From Flavobacteriales bacterium (GTDB taxonomy: Bacteria > Bacteroidota > Bacteroidia > Flavobacteriales > Flavobacteriaceae): a stretch of DNA of 64,000 nt. Both the position numbers and the translations under genes were made by a program. A model generated the notes under the pieces. The model saw only the letters and a program-made list of their open reading frames with translations. It did no database searches and was not told the origin of the DNA. Within the stretch, counting starts at the first letter, position 1. Every line of letters begins with the position of its first letter. This document shows positions 28,779 to 37,618 of the stretch, one piece after another. The DNA lies in contig JBBSOQ010000010.1 in the NCBI GenBank assembly GCA_038259585.1, positions 30,678-94,677 of the forward strand, read 5' to 3'.

Positions 28779-29177
28779 TTATGCAAATTTTGGGGGTTGG
28801 AAAATGGAAACTTTTTCCAAGGAAGAATATAAATTTTGGTAATGGAAAGTGTGAAATTGATGTATGTTTATTTCTGCTTTTAAACCTAGAATTTCAAAAG
28901 GCGCAAATACTACATCATTTAAAACGTGGTGACAAGAAATATGTTGAAAAGGCAGTTCTTGATGCTCCTGATCTTCTTCTTTATGATTTTTTTGATGTTC
29001 CGATTTTAAGGAACCGTAATGTTTTTCATAGAAAGTAAAAAAATCATCACCATAATTTTCTGAATGATATTCAGCATGTTGTACCAAACGCCCGAGTAGA
29101 AAAATATCCTGCATTCCAAACCCTACGCTTTGAAAAACGATAAGTAGAGAAAAAGTTATGGAGAATAGGTTTTTCAT
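28779..29177 (-). CDS. Putative His-rich leader/arrest peptide upstream of czcA
   Basis: Hydrophobic N-terminus, 12 His, LPF motif, ends SIFQPPKFA*. Confidence 0.75.
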   Translation of the reverse strand: MKNLFSITFSLLIVFQSVGFGMQDIFLLGRLVQHAEYHSENYGDDFFTFYEKHYGSLKSEHQKNHKEEDQEHQELPFQHISCHHVLNDVVFAPFEILGLKAEINIHQFHTFHYQNLYSSLEKVSIFQPPKFA

Positions 29178-29230
29178 TTAAAAAAATAAAATTAGACAAT
29201 AATTTTTAATCATTAACAGATGGGAAAATA

Positions 29231-29371
29231 TTATTTATGAGCTTCCCGTGTTCCCCCGTGGCCACCAGCCACAATAAGCAATACTTTAATGCTTAAAAAA
29301 ATAAATTTGAAAAACTGGATGATGGGGTTCATCATTACAAACCGTTTGAAATTTGATATTCTTTTTGTCAT
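29231..29371 (-). CDS. 46-aa small membrane protein directly downstream of sqr (not in the ORF track)
   Basis: Hand translation MTKRISNFKRFVMMNPIIQFFKFIFLSIKVLLIVAGGHGGTREAHK*; ATG 12 nt after the sqr stop. Confidence 0.65.
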   Translation of the reverse strand: MTKRISNFKRFVMMNPIIQFFKFIFLSIKVLLIVAGGHGGTREAHK

Positions 29372-29383
29372 GGTTATAAATTT

Positions 29384-30841
29384 TTATTCAGGAATTAAAT
29401 ACCAAAATGGTTTCATTTTAGCTTTATATATAAAAGCATAGTGCAGCGCAAGTTTTAGCCAATGACCTGCCAAACCGATTTCGCCAAAAGTCTTGCTTAG
29501 CTTTCTTCCCATAGTGTCTGGGTATTTTATGTAATCAGGGACAATTGGGAACGTAGTTATGCTTATACCACTGCCTTTGGTCATTCCAAAACCTGCGGAA
29601 GCAATACAAGCAGCGCCCATATTGCCCATAGAACCTTTGTGGCGAAGTGATTCTTTATTATTTTTTATACTATCAATAATATTGTCTGCAACTAATTTTG
29701 CCGTAATACCCGAGGGCATTCCCGTTCTTGGCGGGGCAGGAAAGATTTCTGTTCCGTTCGGACTTTTACGGGGTTTAGAGATACTGTGTGGTGGCGCAAA
29801 AGCTATTCCCGGTGCAAAAATATTTTTATAATTCGGGTTTTGATAGGTCTCTGGCCAGTCTTGTACGGTCCATTCTTCATAGGGTTTGGGTGTATAATCT
29901 GCGTCAACTATCATAAAGCCTTTAAATAGTTTCTCGGTGATGTCTTGCTTGTTTTTATCGAAAGCTTTAAACCCGTGTCCCGAAAAGGAAGGGATAAGCA
30001 TCGCAAAATCATATTCAATGTTTTTGTGCTCCCCGTTCAGCGTTTCATAATGGGCAAGACCTTCTTCAATTTTAGTAACCCCTGCCCCAAGAATCCAATC
30101 TATGTCGCGATCTTCAAAAACCATCTCTACCATTTCATTGGATTTCATACTATTACTTCCATAGCTTAGCAGCATCCCGTCCATTCCGAAATCGCCCAGT
30201 TTATATTCATTGGAAATCCACGTAATTTTGGCTTTGTCACGAACTTTTTGTCTGCGAAGTTCTTGCTCAACATTTAAAATATATTCAAAAGCTGCGCCTT
30301 GGCAAGTTGCTTTTGCGTGGCCAGTGCCAATAACAATTCGTGCTTCCTTTCCCTGTTTCATTTCTTCAATTAAGGCTTGTAAACCTTGATAGGCGTGCTC
30401 TGCGTGCGTATAAGTACATACGGAATACGTTTTGTTAGTTCCGGGATTTAAACCTTCGGTAGCTTCAAAATTAAGTTTGGGACCCGTGGCATTTATAAGA
30501 TAATCGTACGTAATTTTTTCAGTTTCGCCTCTTTTTTCTTCGGAAACGTATTCAGCCATTACGAATGGTTTTTCTGTTTCATTATCGCCTTCGGGAAAAA
30601 AAGAAGTCACCTTGGCTTGTTTGAACCCGATACCTTTCTTTTTGTATAAAGGCGCCAACGGAAAAAGTATTTGCTTGGATTTCATTCGGCCAATGCCAAC
30701 CCAAATATTGGAAGGAATCCATTGATACTTACTGTTGGGCGAAACCACAACAACTTCGTGGGTTTTGTCTAGTTTTCTGCGAAGATGGGAAGCAGCTACA
30801 TGACCTGAAATTCCAGCACCTAATATTACAATTTTTGACAT
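29384..30841 (-). CDS. sqr: Sulfide:quinone oxidoreductase-like flavoprotein
   Basis: GAGISG FAD motif; Cys in SVCT, ATCQGAAFEY and ACIASAG; PRTGM motif. Confidence 0.75.
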   Translation of the reverse strand: MSKIVILGAGISGHVAASHLRRKLDKTHEVVVVSPNSKYQWIPSNIWVGIGRMKSKQILFPLAPLYKKKGIGFKQAKVTSFFPEGDNETEKPFVMAEYVSEEKRGETEKITYDYLINATGPKLNFEATEGLNPGTNKTYSVCTYTHAEHAYQGLQALIEEMKQGKEARIVIGTGHAKATCQGAAFEYILNVEQELRRQKVRDKAKITWISNEYKLGDFGMDGMLLSYGSNSMKSNEMVEMVFEDRDIDWILGAGVTKIEEGLAHYETLNGEHKNIEYDFAMLIPSFSGHGFKAFDKNKQDITEKLFKGFMIVDADYTPKPYEEWTVQDWPETYQNPNYKNIFAPGIAFAPPHSISKPRKSPNGTEIFPAPPRTGMPSGITAKLVADNIIDSIKNNKESLRHKGSMGNMGAACIASAGFGMTKGSGISITTFPIVPDYIKYPDTMGRKLSKTFGEIGLAGHWLKLALHYAFIYKAKMKPFWYLIPE

Positions 30842-30892
30842 TTCTTAAAGATTTTAAATGTCTAAATTACTTCACATAAAAGAAGCCACAAA

Positions 30893-30904
30893 TGATATTA
30901 ATCA
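30893..30904. promoter_or_regulatory. Fnr-like box TGAT-ATTA-ATCA (proximal sqr promoter)
   Basis: Centre 36.5 bp from - strand TAATTTAG (30862-30869). Confidence 0.7.
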
Positions 30905-30960
30905 TATAACTGTGAGATAATTAGACATGTCAAAAATCTGCTTTTTAATGATCTCGCACA

Positions 30961-30974
30961 GTAACTTTTGTTAC
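30961..30974. promoter_or_regulatory. GTAAC-TTTT-GTTAC box (distal sqr promoter)
   Basis: Perfect palindrome; centre 36.5 bp from - strand GATTTTTG (30931-30938). Confidence 0.75.
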
Positions 30975-31001
30975 AAACCAGAAAATTAAACGGCTTTAAT
31001 G

Positions 31002-31296
31002 CTACTTATTCATTTTGTTTCTTATCACTTTAATAACCATCAAGCCAATTGCGCCTCCAAATAGTGATACCAAGATGTTTATTATAAACAAGAGACTATT
31101 AACCTCTCCTGTTTTCATTATAGATATAGGGGAAACCAAGTCTTCCAAATATTTTGATGAAGAAGATACTTCCAAAAATTCCTGCGATGGTGTTTGCTGT
31201 AAAACCCATAGTATATTTCCTTTTAATTGCACCAAAAACATTAGCGCCAAGAATGCCAATAAAAATGCTGATAATTGAAATAAGGGTATCTGTCAA
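31002..31296 (-). pseudogene. Frameshifted small membrane protein gene downstream of cydB
   Basis: N-half ...KIFGRLGF in one frame, C-half PISIMKTG...NKMNK in the +1 frame; switch at GGTTTCCCCT (about 31128-31137). Confidence 0.6.
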
Positions 31297-31319
31297 AATA
31301 AATACATTTTAGAACAGGA

Positions 31320-32396
31320 TTAATGTTCTCCATAGCCCACATCGTCCATCTTGCCTTTAAAAACTCGGTACTGAATAAACATATAGACTGCAACTAGAAT
31401 TGCGGCAATAACAAACCAATATACACCCACTGACAATCCATATTCATGCGCTGCCACATTATAGAGCGTTAAGGAAGGATTTACATCATTGGTTGAAGGC
31501 AAAACCTTTGGAAATATGGAAGCCACCGTAGAAGTTAATCCGCCAAATAGAAATAAGGATGAAAACAAAAAGCCTAAACCATCCTTTTTAAAGGATTTTA
31601 CTTTAAACAATCCGAAAAGTCCCGAGAATGCAATAAGGGGGAAAACCCATAGCCAAGGATTTTCTATAAAATTATGAAATGGTTTTGGCTCAATAATATG
31701 CCAAAGCAATAAAGAACTTATTACCAAAGCCAACAGTACAAAATTTAAATTGAAAACAACTTTTTTAAGCTTTTGGTTTAAGTCTGAATTGGTTTTGAAG
31801 ATAATCCAATTTGCCCCGTGAATCGTCAACGCTACTACCCCAACAACCCCAAGTAACAACGTAAACCAATCAATAATTCCCAATTGCTCAGCGTGCGGAC
31901 TAAACGTGGAATTCCATAAGGGCAAAAAGAAATAATGGGGTTCCTGTGCAGAAACACCATTGGTAACCATTCCTAAATTTACACCTCTCACCACGTTTCC
32001 TAAAGCAATTCCGAAAAATAAGGCCAGTAATAAACTTGAAACTCCAAAGGCTTTATCCCAAATAGTTTCCCACATCTTGTTATGGATTTGACCACGTAAT
32101 TCTAAACCAATGGCCCTAAAAATAAGCAGCCATAAAATCATTATCAATGGCAAATAAAATCCACTAAAAGAAGACGCGTATAAAGTTGGAAACGCAAAAA
32201 ACAAAACACCCCCAACGGCTATTAACCATACCTCATTGGCATCCCAAAAAGGACCGATGGCGTTTGTAATTGCTTTCTTGTCCTTTTCAGTTTTGGCAAA
32301 GAACAAATGAATGATGCCAGCACCAAAGTCATAACCATCCAAAATCACATAAATGGTGAGCATTGTAATTAAAACGATATACCAGAATAATTCCAT
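31320..32396 (-). CDS. cydB: Cytochrome bd ubiquinol oxidase subunit II
   Basis: LDGYDFGAG, GPFWDANEVWL motifs. Confidence 0.96.
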   Translation of the reverse strand: MELFWYIVLITMLTIYVILDGYDFGAGIIHLFFAKTEKDKKAITNAIGPFWDANEVWLIAVGGVLFFAFPTLYASSFSGFYLPLIMILWLLIFRAIGLELRGQIHNKMWETIWDKAFGVSSLLLALFFGIALGNVVRGVNLGMVTNGVSAQEPHYFFLPLWNSTFSPHAEQLGIIDWFTLLLGVVGVVALTIHGANWIIFKTNSDLNQKLKKVVFNLNFVLLALVISSLLLWHIIEPKPFHNFIENPWLWVFPLIAFSGLFGLFKVKSFKKDGLGFLFSSLFLFGGLTSTVASIFPKVLPSTNDVNPSLTLYNVAAHEYGLSVGVYWFVIAAILVAVYMFIQYRVFKGKMDDVGYGEH

Positions 32397-32398
32397 AG

Positions 32399-33733
32399 TT
32401 AGATTTGTTTTGTGGTTTCAGGCCCTTTTTTAATGATTTTTCCAGCTAGCATTAAGAATAATAATCCTAATAATAGATACAGACCAATAAAACCAAGCAA
32501 GGTGAATAAAGTATTCCCAGAAGAAACTGTTGGTGAAATGCCATCAGCAGTTCGCAAAAGGTTATAAACCAACCAAGGTTGCCTGCCCAGTTCAGCAGTG
32601 TACCAACCAGTAGTGTTCGCTATATATGGAAATGGCAACATGAACATCAGAGACCATAAAATCCATTTGGTTTCATAGAGTTTCTTTCGAAACAATTGAA
32701 TACTTCCAATAAACATCAACCCAATAAAAATAGTGCCTAAACCAACCATAATGTGGTATGAATAATACAGTCCTGGAATATTAGTGGGGTACACACTTTC
32801 ATCAAATTCATTTAAACCCTTCACTTGGGCATCCCATCTTTGATAGGTTAAAAAACTCAACACATTTGGAACTGCTATTTTGTTGTCGAGCTTTTTATTT
32901 TCCGTATCTGGTTGCCCAATTAGAATAATTTCAGAACCTTCATCTTCTGTTTCAAAGATACCTTCCATAGCAGCAAAGGTTACAGGTTGATGTTCTACCA
33001 CATTTTTAGCAGCCCAATCTCCTGTGGGAAAAGCCACTAAGACACTCGAAATCAATCCGAAAATCACACCCGTTTTTACAAAAAGTTTTCCGAATTCACT
33101 GTGTTTATTGCCTAACAGATAGAATGCGCCAATGGCTGCCACAACAAAAGATGCTGTAATAACGGAAGCCAATTGATTGTGTAAATAAGAAGGAAGCAAC
33201 CAAGGATTGGAAAATAAAGCTCCAAAATTATTAAGGACAAACTTTCCGTTTTCCAAAATTTCATACCCTACCGGATGTTGCATCCACGAATGGGTAGCTA
33301 TAATTAAATACCCGCTAGCCCAAGACCCCAAAAACACTAGAAAACCTGTTAGAAAGTGTAACTTTTGTCCCATTAGCTTTTCACCAAAAAGGAATAACCC
33401 CAAAAACGAAGATTCAAGGAAGAAAGAAAACATCCCTTCCATTGCAAGAGTCTGACCTATAATACCTCCAGTAAGCTCTGAAAACTTTGCCCAATTGGTG
33501 CCAAATTGAAATTCCATAGGAATGCCGGTAACTACGCCCATTGCAAAGTTGAGCGCGAAAATCTTCATCCAGAATTTGGCAGCATCGTTGTATTTATAAA
33601 TCTTGGTTCTGAGAAATTTCCATTTAAAATAGACAATCATTAAAGATAGTCCCATGGTCAATTGCGGAAATAAATAGTGGAAAGTGATAGTAAACGCGAA
33701 TTGCATTCTATCATAAAAGAGCATGTCTTCCAT
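32399..33733 (-). CDS. cydA: Cytochrome bd ubiquinol oxidase subunit I
   Basis: FHYLFP, EFQFGTNW, AELGRQPW motifs. Confidence 0.96.
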   Translation of the reverse strand: MEDMLFYDRMQFAFTITFHYLFPQLTMGLSLMIVYFKWKFLRTKIYKYNDAAKFWMKIFALNFAMGVVTGIPMEFQFGTNWAKFSELTGGIIGQTLAMEGMFSFFLESSFLGLFLFGEKLMGQKLHFLTGFLVFLGSWASGYLIIATHSWMQHPVGYEILENGKFVLNNFGALFSNPWLLPSYLHNQLASVITASFVVAAIGAFYLLGNKHSEFGKLFVKTGVIFGLISSVLVAFPTGDWAAKNVVEHQPVTFAAMEGIFETEDEGSEIILIGQPDTENKKLDNKIAVPNVLSFLTYQRWDAQVKGLNEFDESVYPTNIPGLYYSYHIMVGLGTIFIGLMFIGSIQLFRKKLYETKWILWSLMFMLPFPYIANTTGWYTAELGRQPWLVYNLLRTADGISPTVSSGNTLFTLLGFIGLYLLLGLLFLMLAGKIIKKGPETTKQI

Positions 33734-33788
33734 TCAATTAGTATTTTATTCGATACATCAAAAATACTCTATTGAACGGGTAATTTAA

Positions 33789-33802
33789 GTAACATTAGTT
33801 GC
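33789..33802. promoter_or_regulatory. GTAAC-ATTA-GTTGC box upstream of cydA
   Basis: One mismatch; centre 36.5 bp from - strand TATTTTTG (33759-33766). Confidence 0.75.
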
Positions 33803-33845
33803 ATAAATCAAAAAAGAAAAGATATTCTAAAAAATAGCATTTGCT

Positions 33846-33916
33846 GTCCATTCGAGCGCAGTCGAGAATTATAAATTACTGACTACTAACAAGGTCTCGA
33901 CTGCGCTCGACTAGAC
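33846..33916. repeat. REP-like inverted repeat pair
   Basis: TCGAGCGCAGTCGAGA (33852-33867) / TCTCGACTGCGCTCGA (33895-33910), 16-bp perfect stem. Confidence 0.85.
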
Positions 33917-33976
33917 AATTTAGCAATTTGTTCCCTTTTAGAAGAGCCTATTCTTTAATTTCAAAATGAATTCTAT

Positions 33977-35320
33977 TTAATTTTTAAAGTCATTTACTTT
34001 TTCACTTAAATCAAAAACATTCACTTCGCTAATCATATTGTCTACAATACTGCTTCCAGAAGTGCTTCTATAGCCTCCGGCGCAATGCACAACGATTGGT
34101 TTGTTTGTAGGGATTTTGTCTTTAGAATCTCTCAATTCGTTAAGAGGGATATTTATTGCATTTTCAAAAAACTTACCTTCTGAAACTTCGCTTTTATTTC
34201 TAATGTCTATAATTGTGTATGCATCTTTATTCTTTTTGAAATTTTCAAAATCAAAGGATACAGATTTTTCTTTTGCTTTTTCAGAAAGAGTAACCATAGC
34301 GATGATTTGTGATTCATATCCTATTTTGGCAATCCTGTGCATTATTTCGTCTCTATCTTGAATTGAATTTATAGCAACATAAAATTTTTCATTGGGTTTA
34401 ACAATAGCCCCAAGCCAAGTTTCTACTTTATCATCTTCATTACGCGCCATAATATTTATACTGCCAGCAATGTGATTCTTTTTAAAAACTGCTTCATCTC
34501 TAACGTCTATAATCAAACTATTTTCTGGAAGGCTATCAACTCCAACTTTTAGGGATACATTTCCTATACTTTTTTCAAAGTTCTTCGCCCCCTCTTTATT
34601 AATATCTACATCAAATCCAAAATAGGCAGGAATAAAAGGTTGGTCGCTTAAAATGTTATTCACAAACTGTTCTTCAGTTTGTTTTTTGAAGGCCCAATTG
34701 CCAACACGTTCATTGCCCAAGGTGCTTGAAGAATCTGTACTCATATTCTTACCACACAATGAACCTGCTCCGTGGGCTGGATAAACCAATGTATCATCAG
34801 GCAAATGATTAAATTTAGTTTGAATAGTATTGTACATACTCTTAGCCAGCTTTTCACGAGTGGCTCTCATATTTCCTGCTTTTTCGCGTAAATCTGGTCT
34901 TCCAACATCGCCAATAAACAAGGTATCTCCAGAAAACATAGCATACTTTTCTTTTTCATCTTTGGCAATAATGGTGATCCCGTCTGGGGAATGTCCAGGA
35001 GTGTTAATTGCGAAAAGTGTTGTTTTACCCAAGCTAACTGTATTGCCATCGTCAAACGGCTGATGTGGATAATTTGCACCTACCAATTTGCTTACATATA
35101 TAGTGGCACCCGTTTCTTTATGTATTTGCAAATGACTGCTTACAAAATCGGCATGGGGATGTGTTTCAAAAACAGCTACAATTTTCGCATTGTTTTCTTC
35201 GGCATATTTATAATATTGGAAGGGGTTTCTGGCGGGATCTACTAAAGCCATTTTGCCATCACTAATAATAGCATAAGAGTAATGTGCCAATGGCTTATCT
35301 TGAAATTGTTTAATTGTCAT
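33977..35320 (-). CDS. MBL-fold persulfide dioxygenase fused to two rhodanese domains (CstB-like)
   Basis: ETHPHADF, TPGHSP, GDVGRPDL, YPAHGAGSLC; second rhodanese has HCAGGYRS, first lacks the Cys. Confidence 0.88.
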   Translation of the reverse strand: MTIKQFQDKPLAHYSYAIISDGKMALVDPARNPFQYYKYAEENNAKIVAVFETHPHADFVSSHLQIHKETGATIYVSKLVGANYPHQPFDDGNTVSLGKTTLFAINTPGHSPDGITIIAKDEKEKYAMFSGDTLFIGDVGRPDLREKAGNMRATREKLAKSMYNTIQTKFNHLPDDTLVYPAHGAGSLCGKNMSTDSSSTLGNERVGNWAFKKQTEEQFVNNILSDQPFIPAYFGFDVDINKEGAKNFEKSIGNVSLKVGVDSLPENSLIIDVRDEAVFKKNHIAGSINIMARNEDDKVETWLGAIVKPNEKFYVAINSIQDRDEIMHRIAKIGYESQIIAMVTLSEKAKEKSVSFDFENFKKNKDAYTIIDIRNKSEVSEGKFFENAINIPLNELRDSKDKIPTNKPIVVHCAGGYRSTSGSSIVDNMISEVNVFDLSEKVNDFKN

Positions 35321-35356
35321 AATCTACAGTATTAAATTCTACTAAAACTATTAAAT

Positions 35357-35388
35357 AACGGTCTTGGCATTAAAAAGCCAAGACCGTT
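35357..35388. terminator. 12-bp perfect hairpin between peroxiredoxin and dioxygenase genes
   Basis: AACGGTCTTGGC/GCCAAGACCGTT; weak U tail in the transcribed (-) direction. Confidence 0.55.
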
Positions 35389-35398
35389 TTATTGGGAA

Positions 35399-36061
35399 TT
35401 ATATATTTTTCTTTGCCAAATACCAACTCACTTTTTCTAAAGAATCGTCTTTCAATCTGGCGTTAAGTTCATCTAAAGTTTTTGGAGGACCAACAATTAC
35501 TTTATCTCCTTTTTTCCAATCTAATGGCATTGCCACCTGATATTTATCTGAAGTTTGAAGGGCTTCCAAAGCGCGTAAAATTTCATCCATATTTCTACCC
35601 ACGTTTAATGGATAATACATTACCAATCGTATTTTCTTTTTATTGTCAATGAAAAATACGGCGCGTACGGCAGCTGTTTCACTTTCATTTGGCTGAAGCA
35701 TTCCATACAGTTTTGATACTTTCATATCAATATCTGCAATGATTGGGAAATCAAAATAAACACCTGTGGTTTCCCTTACATTTTGAACCCAGCCCAAATG
35801 TGCGTGAATACTGTCTATACTTAATCCTAAAAGTTCAGTATTTAAGGCATCAAACTCGCCTTTTCGTTTTGCAAAACCACTCATTTCGGTAGTGCAAACT
35901 GGCGTAAAATCTGCTGGATGTGAAAACATCACAATCCATTTGTCTTTTGCGAAGTCGGACATTTTTATTTTTCCTTTGGTTGTAACTGCTTCAAAATTTG
36001 GAGCGCTGTCACCTATTCTTGGCATTGCATTTACTTGTTGTACTTCTGAATTTATTTCCAT
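35399..36061 (-). CDS. 1-Cys peroxiredoxin (Prx6-like)
   Basis: HPADFTPVCTTEM motif; GRNMDEILR. Confidence 0.93.
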   Translation of the reverse strand: MEINSEVQQVNAMPRIGDSAPNFEAVTTKGKIKMSDFAKDKWIVMFSHPADFTPVCTTEMSGFAKRKGEFDALNTELLGLSIDSIHAHLGWVQNVRETTGVYFDFPIIADIDMKVSKLYGMLQPNESETAAVRAVFFIDNKKKIRLVMYYPLNVGRNMDEILRALEALQTSDKYQVAMPLDWKKGDKVIVGPPKTLDELNARLKDDSLEKVSWYLAKKNI

Positions 36062-36127
36062 TATAATTATTTTTAACTATTGTTTTTAAATTTTCAATAA
36101 AATTAAGCTATACTGTTATTTTGTACA

Positions 36128-36141
36128 GTAACATTAGTTAC
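36128..36141. promoter_or_regulatory. GTAAC-ATTA-GTTAC box upstream of the peroxiredoxin gene
   Basis: Perfect palindrome; centre 36.5 bp from - strand TAATTTTA (36098-36105). Confidence 0.78.
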
Positions 36142-36147
36142 AAAACA

Positions 36148-36957
36148 TCATTTTACGATAAATTCCATATAAAAGATGAAGATGGCCATTATTAAAATAA
36201 AATAACCAAAGGATTTTTTTAACTTATTTCCATCTATGAAATTACCTAGATAGCTACCTATGAAAATTCCTAGTAGTGATATAGCTGTTATGGTCAATAG
36301 AAAATTCCAATCTATTTGTCTTACTAATGCATCTCCAAGAAAAAACCCAATTAATGAATTTAGCGCAATAATAATAAGGGAAGTCCCTACGGCTACCTTC
36401 ATTTCTACATTGGCTAAAATAACCAAAGCTGGTATAATTAAAAATCCACCACCTGCACCAATCAAACCAGTTACTGACCCTAAAATTAAGCCTTCAATAA
36501 GTATTAGGGGATAATTATATTTTACTTTTCCTGTAGTTTCTTTTACCAAACTCTTTTTACCGTTTAACATTGAAAAAGCCGCTGGAATCATTAAAAGCGC
36601 AAACAATCCAAACATACCCATTCTTCGAGTAATTTGAAATTGGCCTATCGTAAATAATACATCTGGCAAAGCAGGCACTACATAATGTCTTATTAGCGTA
36701 ACACCTATAATTGCTGGGAAACCAAATACAATTGCAGTCCGCAAGTTTACATAGCCTTTAAAGTATTGTTTTATTCCCCCAACTAGTGCGCTGGTTCCTA
36801 CAATAAATAAAGAATAAGCGGTTGCAGATTTTTCATCTACTGAAAATAAATATGCTAAAACAGGTACTGCTAAAATAGAACCTCCACCGCCAATGATACC
36901 CAAAGATAAACCTATGAATAATGCACTTATATATCCAAAGATTTCCAGTAATGCCAT
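36148..36957 (-). CDS. Sulfite exporter TauE/SafE (TSUP) family
   Basis: GIIGGGGSIL and GLIGAGGGFLIIP repeats, 8-TM pattern. Confidence 0.93.
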   Translation of the reverse strand: MALLEIFGYISALFIGLSLGIIGGGGSILAVPVLAYLFSVDEKSATAYSLFIVGTSALVGGIKQYFKGYVNLRTAIVFGFPAIIGVTLIRHYVVPALPDVLFTIGQFQITRRMGMFGLFALLMIPAAFSMLNGKKSLVKETTGKVKYNYPLILIEGLILGSVTGLIGAGGGFLIIPALVILANVEMKVAVGTSLIIIALNSLIGFFLGDALVRQIDWNFLLTITAISLLGIFIGSYLGNFIDGNKLKKSFGYFILIMAIFIFYMEFIVK

Positions 36958-37005
36958 AATTTATAATTTAGAGATCAAAAATAGCTTCCTTACTTGAGGT
37001 ATCAC

Positions 37006-37019
37006 GTAACATTGGTTAC
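37006..37019. promoter_or_regulatory. GTAAC-ATTG-GTTAC box upstream of the TSUP gene
   Basis: Perfect palindrome; centre 36.5 bp from - strand TATTTTTG (36976-36983). Confidence 0.8.
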
Positions 37020-37033
37020 ATAAAACTTAAAGC

Positions 37034-37615
37034 TTATTTTTTCAAAAGTTTAAAAAACAATTCAATTCCACTTCGTTGCGGAATTGAATTGTAAGCTATC
37101 TCCATAGTCTCTATTTTGAATTTTTCTTTAAAAAGTGAAACGTATTCCTCTTTATTTCCTCCAAATGGAGGTTTGTCATCATTTAAAGGAATATTAAAAA
37201 GTAGCCCTACCAGCTTGCCTTTTGGCTTGAGCAGTTTGTGCATTTTTTGAACATATTCTTCACGAAATGATGGTTCCAAAGCACAAAAGAAAGTCTGCTC
37301 CAATATTAGGTCAAAGGTTTCTTCCAATTCGAAAAAGTCTGAATGCAACAGATGTTCCTTTGGAAATAAAGGCACGCGTTTCGCCATATTTTTTAAGGGA
37401 ATAGAAGAAATATCAACCACAAATACATTATTAAATCCATTTTTAACTAGGTATTCCGCTTCGTAAGAATTTCCACCTCCGGGAATCAATATTTTTAAAT
37501 TTTTATCTGAAAGTTGATCGATGTATTCCTTTAATGGCGTAGCAACATAGCCTATATCCCATCCCGTCTCACCGCTGATGTATTTGTGGTTCCAAAAAGT
37601 TTCGTAAAAATTCAT
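37034..37615 (-). CDS. Thiopurine/thiol S-methyltransferase (TPMT-like)
   Basis: FW...TGWDIG, ILIPGGGNSYE, EQTFFCAL, PPFGG motifs. Confidence 0.88.
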   Translation of the reverse strand: MNFYETFWNHKYISGETGWDIGYVATPLKEYIDQLSDKNLKILIPGGGNSYEAEYLVKNGFNNVFVVDISSIPLKNMAKRVPLFPKEHLLHSDFFELEETFDLILEQTFFCALEPSFREEYVQKMHKLLKPKGKLVGLLFNIPLNDDKPPFGGNKEEYVSLFKEKFKIETMEIAYNSIPQRSGIELFFKLLKK

Positions 37616-37618
37616 AGC

